From NCBI GenBank assembly GCA_965232515.1, contig CBDDPY010000002.1, positions 4,832,001 through 4,896,000 on the forward strand: 64,000 nucleotides of DNA, read 5' to 3'. The DNA comes from Alphaproteobacteria bacterium. GTDB taxonomy: Bacteria > Pseudomonadota > Alphaproteobacteria > GCA-2731375. The position numbers and the translations under genes are program-made. The notes beneath the pieces are model-generated. The model made no database searches. It was not told where the DNA came from and saw nothing but the letters and a program-made list of their open reading frames with translations. Positions 59,972 through 64,000 of the stretch are shown one piece after another (positions within the stretch are counted from its first letter, which is position 1; each line of letters opens with the position of its first letter).

Positions 59972-61294
59972 ATGCGCCCCAGTCTGATCATCGCCGCCGC
60001 CGCGTCCGGCAGCGGCAAGACGTTGATCACGCTGGCGCTGCTGCGCCATTTCCGCAACCAGGGCCGTCGGGTCGGCTCGTTCAAGGTCGGCCCAGACTAC
60101 ATCGACCCGGCGTTCCATGCGGCGGCGACCGGGCGCGCTTGCATCAACCTCGACGGCTGGGCCATGCGGCCGGAGATGCTGACCGTGGCCTACGCCGCGG
60201 CGGCGGACGACGTCGAGTTCGTCATTGGCGAAGGTGTGATGGGGCTGTTCGACGGCGCCCTCAACGGCAGCGCGTCGACGGCCGATCTCGCCGTTCGGCT
60301 CGGCGTGCCGATCGTTCTGGTCGTCGACGTGACCGGCCAGGCGGCGTCGGCCGCCGCCGTCGTTCACGGCTTCGACAGCTATCGTGACACGGTTGGCCTC
60401 GCCGGCGTGGTCTTCAACCGGGTTGGCAGTCCGCTGCACGCCCAGATCCTGCGCGATGCCTGCCGGGATATCGACGTGCCGGTCCTGGGGTTTCTGCCGC
60501 GCAACGCGGATTTCACCATGCCGAAGCGATACCTTGGTCTGGTGCAGGCGGGCGAGCGGGCCGACCTTGACGATTTCCTCGAGCGCGCCGCCGCCTTCGT
60601 CGCCGAACATGTCGACACCAGACGCCTGTACGGACTGGCGGAACGGGGGGCAATGTTTCACCCCGCCGCGTCGCCGCCGCCGATCGATCCGCTGGGCCAA
60701 CGTATCGCGGTCGCCGACGATATCGCCTTCAGCTTCGCCTATCGGCTGACCCTCGAAGGCTGGCGGCGCGCCGGCGCTGAGGTCCTGCCGTTCTCGCCGC
60801 TCGCCGACGAGGCGCCGGCGGCCGACGCGGATGCCGTCTACCTGCCGGGCGGGTATCCGGAATTCCATGCCGGCCGCATCGCCGCCAACCAGGCCTTTTT
60901 GCGTGGCCTGCGCGATGCCGCGGCGGCCGGCCGCCCGGTGTTCGGCGAATGCGGCGGCTACATGGTGCTGGGCGAGGGCATCGTCGATGCCGAAGGCGGG
61001 CGGCACGCCATGGCCGGCCTACTGCCGCTGGAGACCTCGTTCTCGGATGCCCGCCTGCATCTCGGCTACCGCGCGGCGACGCTGCTCGCGGACGGACCGC
61101 TTGGCCCGGCGGGCACGGTGATCCGCGGTCACGAATTCCACTACGCCAATGTCGTGCGGGAAGACGGCGACCGTCCGCTGTTCCGGTGTGAGGATGCGCT
61201 GGGTACTGACCGTGGCGCAATTGGGGCGGTGCGCGGGTCCGTCGCCGGCTCGTTCCTGCACCTGATCGACCGCGCCAGCGTTACGAATCCTTAG
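59972..61294 (+). CDS. cobB: Cobyrinate a,c-diamide synthase (CobB/CbiA)
   Basis: SGSGKT, FKVGPDYIDP, EGVMGLFDG, LPGGYPE, GECGG, GHEFHY. Confidence 0.95.
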   Translation: MRPSLIIAAAASGSGKTLITLALLRHFRNQGRRVGSFKVGPDYIDPAFHAAATGRACINLDGWAMRPEMLTVAYAAAADDVEFVIGEGVMGLFDGALNGSASTADLAVRLGVPIVLVVDVTGQAASAAAVVHGFDSYRDTVGLAGVVFNRVGSPLHAQILRDACRDIDVPVLGFLPRNADFTMPKRYLGLVQAGERADLDDFLERAAAFVAEHVDTRRLYGLAERGAMFHPAASPPPIDPLGQRIAVADDIAFSFAYRLTLEGWRRAGAEVLPFSPLADEAPAADADAVYLPGGYPEFHAGRIAANQAFLRGLRDAAAAGRPVFGECGGYMVLGEGIVDAEGGRHAMAGLLPLETSFSDARLHLGYRAATLLADGPLGPAGTVIRGHEFHYANVVREDGDRPLFRCEDALGTDRGAIGAVRGSVAGSFLHLIDRASVTNP

Positions 61295-61469
61295 CGCGAC
61301 GCTCGGCCAGCCGCGCCAGCGTCGCTTCCTTTTCCTCCCGCGTCATCAGCACCCAGCCGCCGATTTCCTCGATCGTGCGGTAGCAGCCCGTGCAGAAGCC
61401 CGTGTCGTTGTCGATGACGCAGATGGCGACGCAGGGCGAGGGGATATCCGGTGGACGGGGATTCGACAT
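61281..61469 (-). CDS. DUF1289 small Cys-rich protein
   Basis: SPCVAICVID..TGFCTGCYRT.EEI..W. Confidence 0.88.
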   Translation of the reverse strand: MSNPRPPDIPSPCVAICVIDNDTGFCTGCYRTIEEIGGWVLMTREEKEATLARLAERRAKDS

Positions 61470-61482
61470 CTCGGCGCGATAT

Positions 61483-62271
61483 CTAGGCCGGCGCCGCGAC
61501 CAATGCCAGCAGAAACGCCGCCTCGGCGGCCTGTTGCGTGCTGCCCAGCACGTCGCCGGTCTGGCCGCCGATCTGTCGGCGCGCCAGCCAGCCGACAATG
61601 GCGGCGCCGGCGGCGGCGGCGACCAGCGCCGGCAGGCCGCGGTCGATGCCCAGAACGACCAGGACGGCGACAACGGCGATGCCGATGGCCCAGCCCATCT
61701 GTGCCGTCGTCGGTTGGCCGGCATGGCGCGACATGCCGTCCGCGCGGGCGGGCGGCAGCAGATGCATCAATGCCGGTATCAGCGCCCGTGACGCCACGGC
61801 CGCGGCAATCAAGGCCGCCGCGACGGCGCCCGGCGCCGCCAGCGCCATCACGGCCGCCACGCGCAGACCGACCGAGAAGATCAGCGCCAGCGCGCCGTAG
61901 CTGCCCAGCCGGCTGTCGCGCATGATCGCCAGCTTCGCGGCTTTGTCGCGGCCGCCACCGAATCCGTCGGCCACATCGGCCAGCGCATCCTCGTGCAGCG
62001 CGCCGGTAATCCACACGGCCGCGGCGACGGCGATCAGCGCCGCGACCGGCGCCGGCAGGCCGATACCGTCGGCCAGCGCATAAACGACAGCCGCCAGCGC
62101 GCCGACCGCCAGGCCGACAACGGGGAAGGCCCAGGCCGCCGCCGCCAGCCGCCCGGCGCCGACCTCGCCGTCGAAGCGCACCGGCAGTCGGGTCAGGAAC
62201 ATGAAGGCGACCCGCAGATCGGCCTGCAGCCCGGTCCAGCCGGGGTCGTGGTTTTGCGGATCGGCCTGCAT
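61483..62271 (-). CDS. cobS: Adenosylcobinamide-GDP ribazoletransferase (CobS/CobV)
   Basis: FLTRLP, TGALHED.LADVADG, IMRDSRLG.YG, IGGQTGDVLG. Confidence 0.94.
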   Translation of the reverse strand: MQADPQNHDPGWTGLQADLRVAFMFLTRLPVRFDGEVGAGRLAAAAWAFPVVGLAVGALAAVVYALADGIGLPAPVAALIAVAAAVWITGALHEDALADVADGFGGGRDKAAKLAIMRDSRLGSYGALALIFSVGLRVAAVMALAAPGAVAAALIAAAVASRALIPALMHLLPPARADGMSRHAGQPTTAQMGWAIGIAVVAVLVVLGIDRGLPALVAAAAGAAIVGWLARRQIGGQTGDVLGSTQQAAEAAFLLALVAAPA

Positions 62272-62356
62272 CGTGTTATGTGCGGTTGCTCGGGTGCCGG
62301 TTGTCGTTGAATCGGCCGGTCACCATACCCTTCGATCCTGGTCTTTGGGAGACTGG

Positions 62357-63391
62357 ATGCGCCATCCCGCCATCGAGTCGTTCAGCGATATCCACCGCCT
62401 GATGGCCGATCTGCCAGATCGGGACCCGGCCGCGCTGGCGGCCGCCGAGGCCCGCGAGGTCAGGCTGACCAAGCCGGCCGGCGCGCTCGGCCGCCTGGAA
62501 ACGCTGGCGGCCTGGGTCGCGGGCTGGCAGGGCCGGCATCCGCCGCGGCTGGACTGCATGCGCGTCCTGGTGTTCGCCGGGAACCACGGCGTCGCAGCGC
62601 GCGGCGTTTCCGCCTTTCCGGCCGAGGTGACGGTGCAGATGGTCGCGAACTTCCAGGCCGGCGGCGCCGCGATCAACCAGCTTTGTGACGCCATGGGCGC
62701 CGAGCTCGTCGTGCGGGCGCTCGATCTCGACCGCCCGACGGACGATTTCACGGTCCAGCCGGCGATGGGCGAGGGCGATTGCGTGCAGGCCTTCGCCGCC
62801 GGTATGGCCGCCGTCGAGCCGGATCTGGACCTGATTTGCGTCGGCGAGATGGGCATCGCCAACACGACGTCGGCGGCGGCCCTCTGCGGTCTGCTGTTCG
62901 GCGGCGCGGCCGCCGATTGGGTCGGGCCGGGCACCGGCGTCGCCGGCGACGATCTCACGCGCAAGACCGATGCGGTGGCGGCCGCCATGGCGCGGCACGA
63001 CAAGGTTTCCGCCGATCCGCTGGCCGTCCTGGCAGCCGTCGGCGGCCGCGAACTGGCGGCCATGGCCGGCGCCGTTCTCGCCGCCCGGCTGAATCGTGTC
63101 CCGGTGCTGCTCGACGGTTATGTCTGCTGTGCCGCCGCCGCGGTGCTGCACGCGCTGACGCCGGCGGCCCTGGCGCATTGTCAGGCCGGCCATGTCTCGG
63201 CCGAGCCGGCGCATGCCAAGCTATTGGCGTTATTGGAGAAATCGCCGCTGCTCGACCTCGGCATGCGGCTCGGCGAAGCCTCCGGCGCCGCCGTCGCCAT
63301 CGGCGTCGTCAAAGCCGCCGTCGCAGCGCATGCCGGTATGGCCACCTTCGCCGATGCCGGCGTTGCCGATGGCCCTGGCGATCCCTCTTGA
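62357..63391 (+). CDS. cobT: Nicotinate-nucleotide:dimethylbenzimidazole phosphoribosyltransferase
   Basis: LTKP.GALGRLE, FAGNHGV, GEMGIANTT, GPGTG, MRLGEASGA. Confidence 0.95.
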   Translation: MRHPAIESFSDIHRLMADLPDRDPAALAAAEAREVRLTKPAGALGRLETLAAWVAGWQGRHPPRLDCMRVLVFAGNHGVAARGVSAFPAEVTVQMVANFQAGGAAINQLCDAMGAELVVRALDLDRPTDDFTVQPAMGEGDCVQAFAAGMAAVEPDLDLICVGEMGIANTTSAAALCGLLFGGAAADWVGPGTGVAGDDLTRKTDAVAAAMARHDKVSADPLAVLAAVGGRELAAMAGAVLAARLNRVPVLLDGYVCCAAAAVLHALTPAALAHCQAGHVSAEPAHAKLLALLEKSPLLDLGMRLGEASGAAVAIGVVKAAVAAHAGMATFADAGVADGPGDPS

Positions 63392-63486
63392 TGACTGCCA
63401 AGACGTGAATTATCTAACGGCCAAAACGAGTTCGCGTCCAAACGTGCGCGTGCGGAGAGCGTTAAAACAGTGAGGCACGTCAAGCC

Positions 63487-64000
63487 ATGAATACGATGAT
63501 CAACGTCGACGGCCTGGTGAAGGACTTCGGCCTGATCAAGGCCGTGGACGATGTGACGTTCACGGTCGATCGCGGCGAGGTCCTGGGCTTTCTGGGCCCG
63601 AACGGCGCCGGCAAATCCACCACCATGAAGATGATCACGGGCTTTCTGACGCCGACGGCGGGCCGGGTCTCGGTCTGCGGCCACGACGTGGTCGACCGGC
63701 CGATCCAGGCCAAGGCGCAGATCGGCTATCTGCCCGAAGGCGCGCCGGCCTATGCCGACATGACGCCGCGCGGCTTCCTGAAGTTTATCGCCGAGATCCG
63801 TGGCTTTTCCGGCGCCGAAGCCCAGCAGCGCATCGACGCCGCCGTCGCCAAGGTGCAGCTGCGCGAGGTGATGGACCAGTCCATCGACACGCTGTCCAAG
63901 GGCTTCAAGCGCCGGGTCGGGCTGGCGCAGGCGATCCTTCACGATCCGCCCGTTTTGATCCTGGACGAGCCGACCGACGGCCTGGACCCGAACCAGAAGC
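63487..64000 (+). CDS. ABC-2 type transporter ATPase (GldA-like), 3'-truncated by window edge
   Basis: Read directly from sequence: GFLGPNGAGKSTTMK, IGYLPE, LSKGFKRRVGLAQA, LDEPTDGLDPNQ. Confidence 0.9.
   Translation, partial: MNTMINVDGLVKDFGLIKAVDDVTFTVDRGEVLGFLGPNGAGKSTTMKMITGFLTPTAGRVSVCGHDVVDRPIQAKAQIGYLPEGAPAYADMTPRGFLKFIAEIRGFSGAEAQQRIDAAVAKVQLREVMDQSIDTLSKGFKRRVGLAQAILHDPPVLILDEPTDGLDPNQK

Overview
High-GC chromosomal window with gene content and repeats typical of an alphaproteobacterium (inference). No rRNA, tRNA, CRISPR, prophage or transposase was seen. 1-40.5 kb is dense metabolic and housekeeping sequence: GcvA-like LysR with DUF1127, acetoacetate-CoA ligase, a LonC-like protease with a USP-like gene, a sirtuin, ThpR, TesA-YbbAP, YccA, an AT-richer higBA module, an MlrC/TTC38/lactonase/ComB operon, speE, a PTER-like hydrolase and a peptide ABC transporter lacking its binding protein. 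40.6-63.4 kb is a riboswitch-led cobalamin cluster that mixes aerobic (cobN, cobW) and anaerobic (cbiX, cbiD, cbiG) markers, with no cobG, cobZ or cobF. Best leads: (1) two copies of a 268-bp highly structured element whose terminal arms co-vary; (2) an uncharacterised DUF429/RNase-H-like domain fused to CobH directly after an Fe-S-motif CbiX; (3) REP doublets of two unrelated families, each flanking an IHF-like site; (4) a candidate sRNA with a C-rich anti-SD loop at about 38.0-38.1 kb. All calls come from motif recognition by eye; no database searches were run.
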